The notes: generated by a model not told the origin, from the sequence alone. Positions 38,528-51,713 are shown, counted from the first letter of the whole stretch. The stretch: 61,554 nucleotides of DNA, filler included, from Pirum gemmata (GCA_002812295.1; 17 parts of 17 records of this genome joined end to end with filler, not necessarily neighbours in it); one strand, 5' to 3'. Made by a program: numbers and translations.

Positions 38528-39667
38528 TACTATATAATGTATTTCAAAAAATACCTTGTAATATTTGATTCCAATGCAAAAAGAAATTTGATAATGATGA
38601 AAAATAATTATAATAATTATTATATTTTAATTAATAATAAAATTTTAAATTAATAGAGATAATCATTATGGACATAATATTAATGTTTACTATAAAGTAC
38701 ATTTAACAACCTCACCCTAACCCATACCCTAATAACCCAAACCCTAACCCTAACACTCCCTAACCGTAATAATAATAACCCTAACCCTAACACTCCCTAA
38801 CCGTAATAATAATAACCCTAACCCTACCCTAACCCTAACCCTAACACTAACACTAACACTAACCCTAACCCTACCCTGACCCTAATACTATTAGTCCTTG
38901 TTGTTCAAAATATCTAGGATCTTTAATTAACATATTATATATATGGATAATGAACCATTGTTCGTTTTCCATATAATATAGGCAAGATTCGACTTCCTTT
39001 ATGAATACCTCTGTTAGTTGTAATTAGTGTTAGTGTTAGTGTTAGTGTTAACGTTAGTGTTAGTGTTTGTGTTGGTGTTAGTGTTGGTGTTTGTGTTAGT
39101 ATTATAAGTGTTGTCGATAATGTTATTGTTTGATTGTTTGTTAGTTTGTGTAGCAATAGTTAGCTCAGTTTTTTAAAAGTCTTTCACTATTTCTTTTTTT
39201 GTTTTTTTTTTTTATGATATGAGCATAATTAAAAAAATAATTATTATTATTATTATTATTATTATGATTTTCATTCATTTGTCACAAATATTTATTCGGT
39301 GGTTTATAATATTTAATTTGACATTTTTTAAATCAATAAATAGATAATAAAATATACTAAAATGTATCAAATGGATTTATTTGGTACTTTTTATTGTATA
39401 TCTCTACAAAGTTCTACAACCAACTTTCTAATAATTGTACTTTTTTATATTAAAATTTTTTTTTACGTATTTTTACATAGACTGGGCTAATTTACGTATN
39501 NNNNNNNNNNNNNNNNNNNNNNNNNNNNNNNNNNNNNNNNNNNTTAATTAATTAANNNNNNNNNNNNNNNNNNNNNNNNNNNNNNNNNNNNNNNNNNNNT
39601 TACTTATTATTACTTATTATTACTTAGTATTACTTATTATTACTTATTATTACTTATTACTTATTAC

Positions 39668-39705
<38 letters not shown>

Positions 39706-39781
39706 GTTATTGTTATTATTGTTGTTGCTGTTGTTGTTGTTGTTGTCGGGATAGAGCTACTAGAGGCAGGATAACCTTACC

Positions 39782-39916
39782 CAATTCCATCTGGTCAAAA
39801 CATTGGTGTATACAAGCAAATGAACAAAGCGCTGTTATTGGCAAAGCCATTTCTTTGAAAAAATCACTTGGTAGATCCCCAGGTGTTCTACCGAAGGCAA
39901 AAGTTAACATGCCGCC
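39782..39916 (-). CDS. Internal exon of an unidentified gene
   Basis: CAG acceptor, open frame GMLTFAFGRTPGDLPSDFFKEMALP..DQMEL, GTAAG donor, GC-rich island in AT background. Confidence 0.5.
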
Positions 39917-40001
39917 TGGTCATTTTAAACATAAATACAAATACAAATACAAATACATATATAAATATAAATATAAATATAAATATAAATATAAATATAA
40001 A

Positions 40002-40057
<56 letters not shown>

Positions 40058-40272
40058 AAAAAAAAAAACAAACAAAAAAACAAAACAAAACAAAAAAAAG
40101 TATAAAAGGTGAAGGTTTTTTTGATCGTTCAAAAGGTCAATAACTACACAATAATAATATTATTATAAATATACTTTTGTAAAAATATACACAAACAAGA
40201 ATAATTTGTTATAATTAATTATAAAGTAAGTAATTATATTATTTAAAAAAAGCATTCTAAATCTAAATCAAA

Positions 40273-42681
40273 ATGAAATTTTTCTGGGCATCCGCATTTT
40301 CCTCTGTTATCTCGTTGACCTCAGTCAACGGGGTACCGACAACCCCTAAAGACCCTCTCTCCATTAAAATGGGAGCGATGAAAGTTTGCACAACCGCAAA
40401 GTCTGCTGATTATTTCTATGCAACTGATGGAGAAATTCTTATCAAATTCAATAAAAAGACGGGAAAGGAAGAGTATTTGACAAACAAATTTAGAAGCGAA
40501 CTTCCTATAGCTTTAACGCCAACCTTAGTAGCAACAGTGGATCATGTGGATCCTGCAATAGCTTTAACGCCAGACTTAGTCGCAACAGTGGCTCCTACGG
40601 ATAATGAACTTTCTATAGCTTCAACTCCTTCAACGCCAGACTTAGTAACAACAGTGGATCCTGTGGATAGTGAACTTTCTATAGCTTCAACGCCTTCAAC
40701 GCCAGACTTAGTAGCAACAGTGGATCAAGACGGGGGGGCGGTTAATACAAAGAATGTGCTCATAGATCAACCTGTAATAAACGTTAACGTTTCTCCAGAC
40801 GGGGGGGCGGTTAATACAAATAATGTGGTCATAGATCAATCTGTAATAAACGTTAACGTTTCTATTGATCCAGATATCACTTTGACGCAAATATATTGTG
40901 TTGACAATGGTTTATTAGTTACTGGTGGTGCAAAAGAAAATGATGTCGATGGACTGTTTATAGGATTATTTGATTATGATGGAAACAAGAAGTTTTCTCA
41001 AAAGTTAACAAGCAAAGATCCGCAAAAACTATATTCTAAAGGTATCTATGCTGCCCCACTGAAAGATGGTTCTGGGTTTATGTTTGCTACGAAAACGGAT
41101 TTAATCAAAACAGACCAAGATGGTACGATAGTGAAGCGTTACGAAAACTCCAAGGAATTACAAATGGTAGGAGCCACTCAACTTAAAAATGGTGATTTTG
41201 CGATCTCAGGGGTAACTCTTAAAAACAACAAATTTTTTCTGGAAATTATTAATGATGAATTAACGGCTGTTAAAAACACGTGGACCTTTGAAGGAAATTT
41301 TCAGAGAAGAAGACAGACAACCATGGAGAACTGGGATAAGACTATAGAAGAGCAGTTGCAAGACATAAAAGAAACTAGAATCGATTTTACTAGTCCATTA
41401 GAAATCTCCGACGGTAAAGTTGCTTTTACCACACCCAGAATCCAAACAAACCGTGCCGAATTTGAGGATAGACCTTTGGTTACTTTTGATATCAACTCGG
41501 GAAAAATCGTTTCGCAATATAACATTCAAGTGGGTGTCATGTTCGATCATGGTGATCATGCGCATGATCCTGATGAGAGTACTGAGACCGAATTGGACAA
41601 TTTGCAACAATCGTTACCTTTAACTTTAGATAAAGATAACAACATGGTGTTTACTGATGGTAGATTGCTCAATGCAATTTCTAAAGAAGGAAAAATTGCG
41701 AAATCTTTAATGGTTACTCATGGTAAAAGAATAACTGGTTTGGATGTGTCCTCTGGGGATTATATATTTTCTTTATTTAATTCTGACTTTACAGCAGATG
41801 ATGATTATGGGAAGTACGGTTTAATTACAACTCTTTTTGATGGGAAATTTACTCCTAAAAAGAGGATTGATGACAGTGTAATGACACAGGTAGTAAACGA
41901 ACCTACTGTAACGTTTACCGATGAAAATGGAGAAGTGTTAACGACAAATGCAGACGGAACGTTTGCTGATAAAAACGGAAAAATGTTTAAGGTGGATGGC
42001 AACGGTAAAATGATAGAAGTTGGAAAAACACGCCGAGAAGAAGACATGTGTGGACTAAATAGTGGAAATCATCGATTTTATGATGTTGTTAATAGTGCGA
42101 AAGTTACAGATGAATCTAAATACCGACTTAAAGTAAACCCACTAATGGAAAATGTTCCTCTGGTTGATGCTTCTATTGATTTTGATCTCGTAAATGTAAA
42201 TGAATTGCACGCAACAACAAATTATAAAACCTGTCCAGGCCCCATTGAAATTAACGATTACAGTAAAGACCATACTGGGCATAATCATGGTCCCGGAGGT
42301 CATGACGGTCATGACCATGCCAGTCATGCCGGTCATGGTGATCATTCAGGCCATGACCATGCCAGCCATTCAGGCCATGACCATGCCAGCCATTCAGGCC
42401 ATGACCATGCCAGCCATTCAGGCCATGGCCATGCCAGCCATGCCGGTCATGGTGATCATTCAGGCCATGACCATGCCAGCCATGCCGGTCATGGTAATCA
42501 TTCAGGCCATGACCATGCCAGCCATGCCGGTCATGATGATCATTCAGGCCATGACCATGCTAGCCATGCCGGTCATGATCATGGATCAAAAACGAAAGAC
42601 AAAGAAAGTTCTGCATCCTGTACTTTTGCTTCTTTAGTCACGGCTTCTATTTCTATGACCTTGTGCCAATTTTTGTTTTAA
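40273..42681 (+). CDS. 802-aa secreted, probably GPI-anchored protein with beta-propeller-like middle and His-rich (DHSGHDHASHAGH) C-terminal repeats
   Basis: Intronless ORF, signal peptide, N-terminal P/T/D repeats, ~105-aa His-repeat block (42265-42585), hydrophobic C-terminal tail after SSAS. Confidence 0.85.
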   Translation: MKFFWASAFSSVISLTSVNGVPTTPKDPLSIKMGAMKVCTTAKSADYFYATDGEILIKFNKKTGKEEYLTNKFRSELPIALTPTLVATVDHVDPAIALTPDLVATVAPTDNELSIASTPSTPDLVTTVDPVDSELSIASTPSTPDLVATVDQDGGAVNTKNVLIDQPVINVNVSPDGGAVNTNNVVIDQSVINVNVSIDPDITLTQIYCVDNGLLVTGGAKENDVDGLFIGLFDYDGNKKFSQKLTSKDPQKLYSKGIYAAPLKDGSGFMFATKTDLIKTDQDGTIVKRYENSKELQMVGATQLKNGDFAISGVTLKNNKFFLEIINDELTAVKNTWTFEGNFQRRRQTTMENWDKTIEEQLQDIKETRIDFTSPLEISDGKVAFTTPRIQTNRAEFEDRPLVTFDINSGKIVSQYNIQVGVMFDHGDHAHDPDESTETELDNLQQSLPLTLDKDNNMVFTDGRLLNAISKEGKIAKSLMVTHGKRITGLDVSSGDYIFSLFNSDFTADDDYGKYGLITTLFDGKFTPKKRIDDSVMTQVVNEPTVTFTDENGEVLTTNADGTFADKNGKMFKVDGNGKMIEVGKTRREEDMCGLNSGNHRFYDVVNSAKVTDESKYRLKVNPLMENVPLVDASIDFDLVNVNELHATTNYKTCPGPIEINDYSKDHTGHNHGPGGHDGHDHASHAGHGDHSGHDHASHSGHDHASHSGHDHASHSGHGHASHAGHGDHSGHDHASHAGHGNHSGHDHASHAGHDDHSGHDHASHAGHDHGSKTKDKESSASCTFASLVTASISMTLCQFLF

Positions 42682-43819
42682 TTAAAATTAAAATACAATA
42701 TATACTCAGTAAAAACGCTGTTTTAACACTCGTAAATTATTGTTCTTATCCTGCTAGTTTTTGCATCTAAAATAACAAAAGTGGGCTTTTAGAAGTAGTC
42801 TATAAAAAAAACTAAAAGCTAAAAAAAAGTAAACAAAATAAAAAAAATATAATAAATAATAATAAGTAAAAAATACTTCAGTAAAAATATACTTTATTTA
42901 TTTTTAAAAACAGTTTTAATAATCTTTAAACGTTTTACACTATTAAAAAAATGATTTATTAAAAATCAATTATATATGTGCGTGGGATCCCACGTAATTT
43001 GTTGTATAAAAATTTTGTTTGAAATAATAAAAAAATTTTTTAAAAAATTTCTAATAATTTATTATTTATTTATAACATGCTACTAGTATTCAGCTTTAGC
43101 ACTATCTTTAAAAAACACTAGTTAGCTATCGGATAGTAATCAGCTACATCTTAAAACGGGTTTTTGTAATTCTATAAATATTTTAAGACTTAAACAATCT
43201 GATTGGATAATATTTGTCAAATTTAAGACTATGCTTTTAACTGGATAAAATAATAAAAATACCAATAAAAGAAAATTAATAACCAAAAATAGAAAACTAA
43301 GACTTTTTAACCATTTTTAGTAATTTAAAACATAAAAATAAGACTTGAAATTCCTATTTAAGACACCTGGATTTCTATTTAAGACACCTGGATTTCTTAA
43401 TTGCGTAGATATATATTTCTTTCAGAATTTGTTCATGGCACAACTGACCCATGCCAAAATCTTTACCTCTGTGAGTAATGATATGATCCATTTCACCTTC
43501 GTGGTATGTATTGTGGTAACGGANNNNNNNNNNNNNNNNNNNNNNNNNNNNNNNNNNNNNNNNNNNNTTAATTAATTAANNNNNNNNNNNNNNNNNNNNN
43601 NNNNNNNNNNNNNNNNNNNNNNNAAAAAAAAAAAAGAAAAGAAAACTAGAGAGAAAAAAGAAAAAAAAAGTACATTTATTAGTCTTTTATTAATAATTTA
43701 AAAAAAATAACTTAAAGATAAATAAATAATTCTATTCTACCTGGCTAGTCTGGCTAGTGCCTAACCAAAAATTCCAAAAGGCTCGCTACCAAAACCAGTC
43801 CAAAACCCCTAAAGTTCGC

Positions 43820-43955
43820 CCATAATTAAAAGTCGGATGTCGGTTCGGGGCCTTTTGCCTTTCCCCCCCGAAACGACCGACTCGGGAAAGGGGTCAACCC
43901 CCCCGAGTCGGGGGGGTTGATTTTCCCGAGTCGGATGTCGGATTTGACAACCCTG
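43820..43955 (-). mobile_element. hAT-like transposon end with GC-rich subterminal palindrome
   Basis: Terminus CAGGGTTGTCAA on the minus strand; repeated AGTCGGATGTCGG motifs; hairpin at 43877-43934. Confidence 0.45.
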
Positions 43956-44483
43956 GCTCCATCTCACTAATCTCAGCACTCAATAACTGTCTACTTAGGG
44001 GGTCTAACCGTCTAGCTAGACTCTAGCTAGAGCTAGCTAGCTAGCTAGCAGACTCTAGCTAGCAAAAAAAATGTCTGAGAAAATTTTCAAAAAAAATAAT
44101 GTCTTTGAGAAAATGCTGTGAGAAAATAGTGAGAAAATGCAAATGCGAGACCAAAATGACTCAAAATGCGGCTTTTTAATTAATTTTTTAAAAAAAAGTA
44201 TGTCTGCCTGGAAATAACTGGAAATACGCCTAGGAAATAAGCTGGCAGTGGAAATCAAATCCCTGGAAATATAGTTCTGGGAGACTGGAAATAGTCTGGA
44301 AAATTGTGGAAATGCCTCAGATTTTTTTTTTTTTTTATCATAGTCTAATATAATAATAATGATATATCTATCATAATCATAATAATATCATAATATTATA
44401 TATCATATAATAAAAAATACTCCGAAAAGTTCTAAAGGAAAAAGAATCTCATGCATATAAAAATACAGCTAAAAAATATGGGG

Positions 44484-44589
44484 GTAAATGTGGCTCCTTG
44501 GTTTAGAGCGGAGTCTCAAAACCTAAAGGTTAGCGGTTCGATCCGCTGCCAGCACTGTCAAAAAACTACATAAATAAAAAAAAAAAAAA
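44484..44589 (+). pseudogene. tRNA-like pseudogene or short SINE (Met/Lys-like scaffold) with A-rich tail
   Basis: D-arm GCTC..GAGC, loop CTCAAAA, T-arm AGCGGTTCGATCCGCT; acceptor stem does not pair; poly-A at 44572-44589. Confidence 0.55.
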
Positions 44590-47500
44590 CTCTATAAAAA
44601 TAGCTATAAAAATACTATTTATGAAATTAGTCTTTATTATAAATTTATAATAATAAATAAATGTCGTGTTTATCATAGCTCTAGCTAGTAGAGAGTACTA
44701 CTAGCTAGCTAGAGACTGTTGTACTACTGTTGTCCAGTTCAAAAACTGAAATAAACGAGATCAATAAACGTGCCAAATAATTATTATGATTTTAAACTAA
44801 CAGAAATGTTTCTAGACATGTTTTAATTAATTTGGTATTTTATACTTCACGTTGTATTTTGTAAACAAAGTTCAAATATCTAGGTTCAATTATACACTTA
44901 AATTAAACAGTACCAAATTAAAGATTGAGAGAACAACTGTATTAATAATGAAATAGACGATATTTATTTTATTTATTATCATTTCATGAAGGCTCAATCG
45001 AGTTGAGTCTCAACTTGCTCTCTGGTTAATTGGGATTCACTTCAGAACTTTACTCAGGAACTCACACTCCAAAAGGTCAGGTTGGGATTCACTTCAGAAC
45101 TTCACTCAGAACTTCAGAAGGTGTTAGGTGGCCCGTGTAGACCCCCTACTATTAGGAAGTAATGGTGGGATTAAAACTGTAGGAAATTCATCTAACGTAT
45201 AGGCAGCTGCGTATTATCAATGCGCGGTGGGCCGGTGGCACCCGTGGCAGAACTGTTTCCTACAGTCTATAGACCCTACTATAAAATATACTGCTAGCTA
45301 TCATAGCTAGCTATGATAGTTTCCTAGCTAGCTAGCGCTAGACTCGCCCTACTACCTCTGCCTACTAGCTAGTCTACTAGCTAGACTATCGTAGTAGTGG
45401 TTTTAATTAATTAAATTATTTATCGATATAAGAGTTTACAAGACAGACATATTATATATTATCATTATTAATTATATGATATATTATATTATTATTATTA
45501 ATTATGATACTATTATAAATAATAATATTATTATTAATTACGATTATAATGTATTATATATAATCAATATAATAATATTATTATATCATACATTTCGAGC
45601 CCCAAAACAGTCCTATAATCATACGATATTATATACATGCATTATTATTGTTGGTGGTAACTGGTGGTATTTTAATATGTCTTATATCCATAGTATTATT
45701 TTTATTTTTTTAATTTTTAGTATATATTATTTTTATTTTTATTAGTATTATTTTTATTTTAGTGTATAAATTTTTAAAATGTTATTAATTTTAAAATTAT
45801 AATATTTATAATAATAGTTTTAATATAAAATGCAGTAAATTTTGCCCAAAAAAGTCCTTTTTAATTAAAATCGTATTGTACTTGTCGTATAATATTAATA
45901 TTATATAATACTATGATATTAATTAATATTAATTAATTAATTAACGTTATTATAATAATATATAAATCTATAAATACATCGATATCATTATGATGTATCA
46001 TTTGATATAGTAAATATTATAATATAATTTATACATTATATTATTATAATAATATAATATTATAGTTTACGCTTATAAATTATAATAATAACTATTATTA
46101 TTAATTATTGCAAATTCTATGAACCTCAAGCTCAAGGCTCACCCCCCACCTTGAGTGAGCCACCTCGGCTACCTCACTGTGGTCCTCAGACTCACACCGG
46201 ATGATAGCTACTAGCTACTAGCTAGTAGCTAGCTAGAGCCAGCTACTCAGAGTCCAGACTACTCCCTGCTCCTCAACTGCTCCTCACATGAGTCACATCT
46301 CATCACAAATATGATAATAATTATGCTATCTCACATATCCTGAGTACTACTATTGTTAAAAAATTCTATGATAAAGTAACAGGATTCATGTAATGTCATA
46401 ATATGTGTGTAGACAGTAGACTACTGGTAGTATGAACTATTATTATGAACTGTATGATAGGTAGGCTATCTAAGTCTTTTAAAAAAAGTTAGTAACAGAT
46501 AACAAGTATTAAAAACTTTAGAACTATCATAGCACTTTAGAACTATCATAGCTAGCTAGCTATTATATATGATAATAAAACTCTGTTGTGAATCAATGGC
46601 TAGAAAAATAATTTGGCTAGTCTAGTTAGGATTTTACAAGGACTTCAAGTCCTTAGAAGATTTCTACAGGTTTATCCAGCAAAAAATATAAATATATATT
46701 GTCATGTGTAAATATCGATAATATGTCTAGTATAATATAATCTATATACTATATTATGTATAAAGTATCATATATAATTATGATATTATTAATAGCTAAT
46801 TATTATATCGTCTATTTCATTACAGTTGTCCTCTCAATCTTTAATTTGGTACTGTTTAAGTGTATAATTGAACTTGTTTATAAAATAAAACATTAATAAT
46901 ATTAATTATAAAATACCAAATTAATTAAAGTATGTCTGATAGTTTAAAGCGTTATCGTTAAAACTATAATATATTATAATATATATATAATTTGTTCAGT
47001 TTTGGAACTGGACAACATTATTCAAAAACATGATATAGTGCTTTTCAGTTGTTTTGTCATCATAAAATAAACAATTAATAGTACCAAATTAATACAATAT
47101 AAATCCATNNNNNNNNNNNNNNNNNNNNNNNNNNNNNNNNNNNNNNNNNNNNTTAATTAATTAANNNNNNNNNNNNNNNNNNNNNNNNNNNNNNNNNNNN
47201 NNNNNNNNCATCTTCAGATTTTTTACTGGTAACCGATTCAAGCCCATTTATTAATTAAATAAGTTCGAAATTTTAAGCTTACAATTAAGTATTCAAATAT
47301 ATTTATTTATTTATTTATAAACCCGAAAAAAATGGGAAATATAATTTTCAAACAGAGCTGAATTTTGGCTTTATTTTCGACAGCAGAAATTCGAGTTTAG
47401 AGCTCGAGCAGAATTGGGAGAGGTTTAATACCCTAACCCTAACCCAATCCTAATCCTAAAGCCTCTATTCCTAACCCTAGCTAGCAGGAGCCTAGCACTT

Positions 47501-48086
47501 CCTTACCCTAAAGCTAATTATAACCTTAGTAACCCTAATCTTAACCATCACAATTATTACACTAACCGTGACCGTAACCATAGCCATAACCATAACCATA
47601 ACCATAACGTATTCATAGTCCAATCATAACATAACCATAATCGTAAATTGTAACCGTGACCGTAGAAGTTTAATCTTATTGTAATCATCTATAGACTGTT
47701 TGTTTACTATCGTGTTTTTCAATAGTGTTGTCTAGTTCAAAAATTAAAATAAACGTGGCAAATTACTACTATTGTTAAACATTTGGTATTTTATACTTAT
47801 TGTTGTATTTTATAAACAAGTTCGATTATACACTTAAACAGTACAGAAAATAGTAGGTTTACATACAAGGCTATATATATTTGTAAACAAAATAACTTTT
47901 TTAATTAACTATCTATGTAGTGTTGGAGAAAATTTATTAATAAATAATAATAATAATAATAATAATAGAATAATAATAATACTAGATATAATAATATTAT
48001 TATAACTAAATATAGACTAAATTATATACTTCCTCTGTACCTTTAGCCAATAATAATCCTAGATTTGGTTACAAGAGACTTAGGAG

Positions 48087-48389
48087 TAGCTTCTCCGAAT
48101 TCTGCCCCTAAAACTCGACTTTCTGCTTCTGCCTTCTGCCCCGAAAAGCTCGATTTCTGCCGAGCAGAATTTCTGGTCTGTTTGGTCTATTCGAAATTAA
48201 TTTTTNNNNNNNNNNNNNNNNNNNNNNNNNNNNNNNNNNNNNNNNNNNNNNNNNNNNNNNNNNNNNNNNNNTTTTTTTTTTTTTTTTTTTCAAAAAATTA
48301 ATTTTTGATCGAGTTAGAGAGGAAAAACACCATTTTGTCATTTCTCAAAAAAGGGCAAATTCTGCCCGGGCAGAATTCGGAAAAGTCTA
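48087..48389. mobile_element. MITE family H (TIR TAG(A)CTTYTCCGAATTCTGCCC)
   Basis: About 21-bp imperfect inverted termini around an internal gap; related fragment at about 47350-47422. Confidence 0.6.
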
Positions 48390-49193
48390 CTTAGGACTGT
48401 TAGGAGTGGTTAGATTCGAGATTAGGTCTAACGGACTCTAACCCAGTCTTTCATGAACTATGGTTTGTCAAAACCTAACTCATTGTCCAATGGTATTATC
48501 GCGCTTTTCATTTATTTTGTCATTCTGAATATTTATTTAGAGGGTTATAATATTTAAAGTGACCTTTTTAAATGAATAAATAAATACAAAATTAAATTAA
48601 ATGGATTTATATTGAGTTAATTTGGTACTATTTATTGTATATTTATGACGGATGACAAAACAACTTATAAGGGAGCGTTCAAATGTAGGTAGGTAGGCGG
48701 TATTTGACTGGAAGTTAACGTCGAGGGGCAGGTAGATAAGGGGTATTTGAAGCTGCATTTGACTGGAAATTGGCGTTATATAGCTATATTAGTATAATCT
48801 TATTCTGCAGGATCTTCTGGATCGGATTTCTGGTAATTATTATATTATTATTATTTTCTATTTTATTATAAAACTGTTTATAATTAACCATAATAATTAT
48901 TTATTTTTATATTGAATAATTTGAATTTATTTTTTTAAAAAATAAACAAGAGCTTTATTCAAAATTAAAAGACAAGTATCGTCTATTTAAAATTTCATTA
49001 CAGTTGTCTTCTTTTAATCTTTAATTTAGTACTGTTTTTAAAAGTATATAATAGAACTTGTTTATAAAATACAACATTTTAAATATAAAATACCAAACAT
49101 GTCTGATAGTTTAACCATAATAACAATTTGGTAATTTTATTTCAGTTTTTGAACTGGGCAACTTACCGGTATTGAAAAACACAATAGACTACA

Positions 49194-49392
49194 TTAGGAT
49201 TAGGGTTAGGGTTAGGGTTAGGGTTAGGGTTAGGGTTAGGGTTAGGGTTAGGGTTAGGGTTAGGGTTGGTTAGGGTTAGGGTTATAAATTAGGGTTAGGG
49301 TTATAAATTAGGGTTAGGGACAAGGTAAGGGTTAGGGTTAAGGTTAGGGTTAGGTAAGATATTCTCTAGCTAGTAGAGGTTAGGGTTAGGTA
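49194..49392 (+). repeat. Interstitial (TTAGGG)n tract
   Basis: 11 perfect units, then degenerate. Confidence 0.92.
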
Positions 49393-51151
49393 TGATAATA
49401 ATATTATATAGCATGGTATGATAGCAAGTTTTTAGCCTCCGTCAGTGGTCACACAACATTTTTGTAACCATTGTTCTGCGGGTTCTGTGGATCCAATGAA
49501 ATTTATCATTACTACTATTTAGATTTTGTCAGAAAATTTTCAGATCAGGATTCAGGATTCAGGAATCAGGATTTTGAAAGCTTCAAATACCCCTACCTAC
49601 TGGTCAAATATAGCTTCAAATACCCCTACCTACCCTACCTACCTACCCCTTGACGTTAATTTCCGGTCAAATACCGCCTACCTACCTACCCCTTAACCAC
49701 TAAAAACTTTCCTAATTTTGGTTCTGAATTTTGGTTGTGGTCAGATTCAGAGATTTTACGTAACGCCAATTTCCAGTCAAATACAGCTTCAAATACCCCT
49801 ATCTACCCACCCCTCGACGTTAATTTCCGGTCAAATACCGCCTACCTACCTACCCCTTGACGTGACGTATTATTTGAAGTCTATAATAATTATTATTATT
49901 ATGCACTAATTTTGTCAATTTCGGAACTTTTGATTGGTCATTATGAGGTATTCATATATATAATTGACCAATTATACATCAGTATTGTGATTTTCAATCG
50001 TTTTGTCATCATAAAATATGCAATAAAGGGAACCAAATTAATACAATATAACTCCAATTTATATAATTTGGTATATTTTATTATCTATTTGTTCATTTAA
50101 AAATGCCAATTAAAATATTATAACCAACCAAATAAATATTCGGAGTGACAAAATAAATGAAAAGCACAATAAATAATAATATCCTATATGATATATTTTT
50201 AACAGCCAAGCCGGATAAAACTGTAGAAATCTTTTTTTTTTAAAAAATATATATATTTTTAATACGAACTAGCCAAATTATGTTTAAAAATTAGCCATTG
50301 GTTCATAATAAAGTTTTCTTAAGAAAACAATTTCTCAAACTTTGGTAGTACTTTTATTAAAATTGGATTCTTTTGAGTATTTTGGATTTTGAGCTCATAT
50401 GGCAGATGTCTGGCTTGGTAGTCTATGATGGTTAAAAAAAAATTTTTTTTATATTTTTATTTTCAGTTTTTCTACCCATGGCACTGTTATTATTTTCAAA
50501 GTTGGAAACATAAGAGTTATTCAACTTCAAAACCAAAAACAAGAAAATGAGTTTTATTTTTAACTTTTTTTTATTTTATTTTTTTTTTAATTTTTATTAT
50601 TATTATTTTTTTATTAATATCATATTTATAAAAAGAAGATTATGAACAGAAATTCGCTTTTTGTTTAGGGTTAGGGTTAGGGTTAGGGTTAGGATTAGNN
50701 NNNNNNNNNNNNNNNNNNNNNNNNNNNNNNNNNNNNNNNNNNTTAATTAATTAANNNNNNNNNNNNNNNNNNNNNNNNNNNNNNNNNNNNNNNNNNNNCG
50801 GAGAGTTGCAGTACTTGCTCTTAGAAACGTTTCTCCGTAGTTAGAATTTTCATTAGGGTGGGTGGGTCCTCACTCTGACTCCTCAGTTCTATTCTTTTGA
50901 AAAAAGAAAAAAAAAGCGACCGTCTTTAGGCTGACCGAAGCCCAACTTAGGGTGGGGCTACTCAGCCGCTACTGGTCTTATTATTAGGCTACTGGTGGGG
51001 TATTTCTATATATAGGTTATATCTCGCTGGGTACATGATCTGACCTCCTCTGACCTCCGGCTCCGCAACCAATAGAAAGTGGGAATTACTAATAGATTGA
51101 TTCTATTCTGCGGATTGTTAATTTTTTTTTTAAAAAAAATATTCTATCATA

Positions 51152-51497
51152 GGGAGCGTTCAATAATTACGTAACGCAGGGTGGTAGGGTCGGATTTTTG
51201 TGACTCATCGTGACGCATTTAATTATAGTTAGATATTCGTAATATGACGTAACGCAAAAAATAAACTTACGTATATGAATTATTATGATTGAAAACTGTT
51301 CTTTTACTTAGTTTTTTTCGTTTTTTTTCGTTTTTTGAGTATTATTAATAATTTAGGGTACTATTTTTTCCAAATCACTACGTCATAAGGGGTGGTAGTC
51401 CTTCTCATAGGTGACCAGGTGTTACATTGGGGGTAGTAGGTAGGTTTTGGGGTACTTTTGGCACCAAATTCGTGTTACGTACTTATTGAACGCTCCC
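51152..51497. mobile_element. PIF/Harbinger-like MITE, 346 bp (family C-related)
   Basis: 26-bp TIR GGGAGCGTTCAATAATTACGTAACGC / GTGTTACGTACTTATTGAACGCTCCC; TSD ATA on both sides. Confidence 0.85.
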
Positions 51498-51713
51498 ATA
51501 CTAGTAGTGGCTGACTCTAGCAAATTCTATCGATAGCAAATTTCTACCTCGACCTCGGTTTCCACCTATTGATTCTATAATTTCTAATTTTAGTAAAAAG
51601 CCATCAAGCATGTTTATTGGTTAGATAAATCTAATCTTCCAATAAAATTTTATTTTTCCATCAAGAATCTCTCAAGAATCTCTAAGACTCTAGTACCTCT
51701 AGCTAGTAGTAAG

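Noticed and set aside
42200..42637. 145-aa Met-rich overlapping ORF
   Set aside because: Alternative frame of the His-repeat DNA
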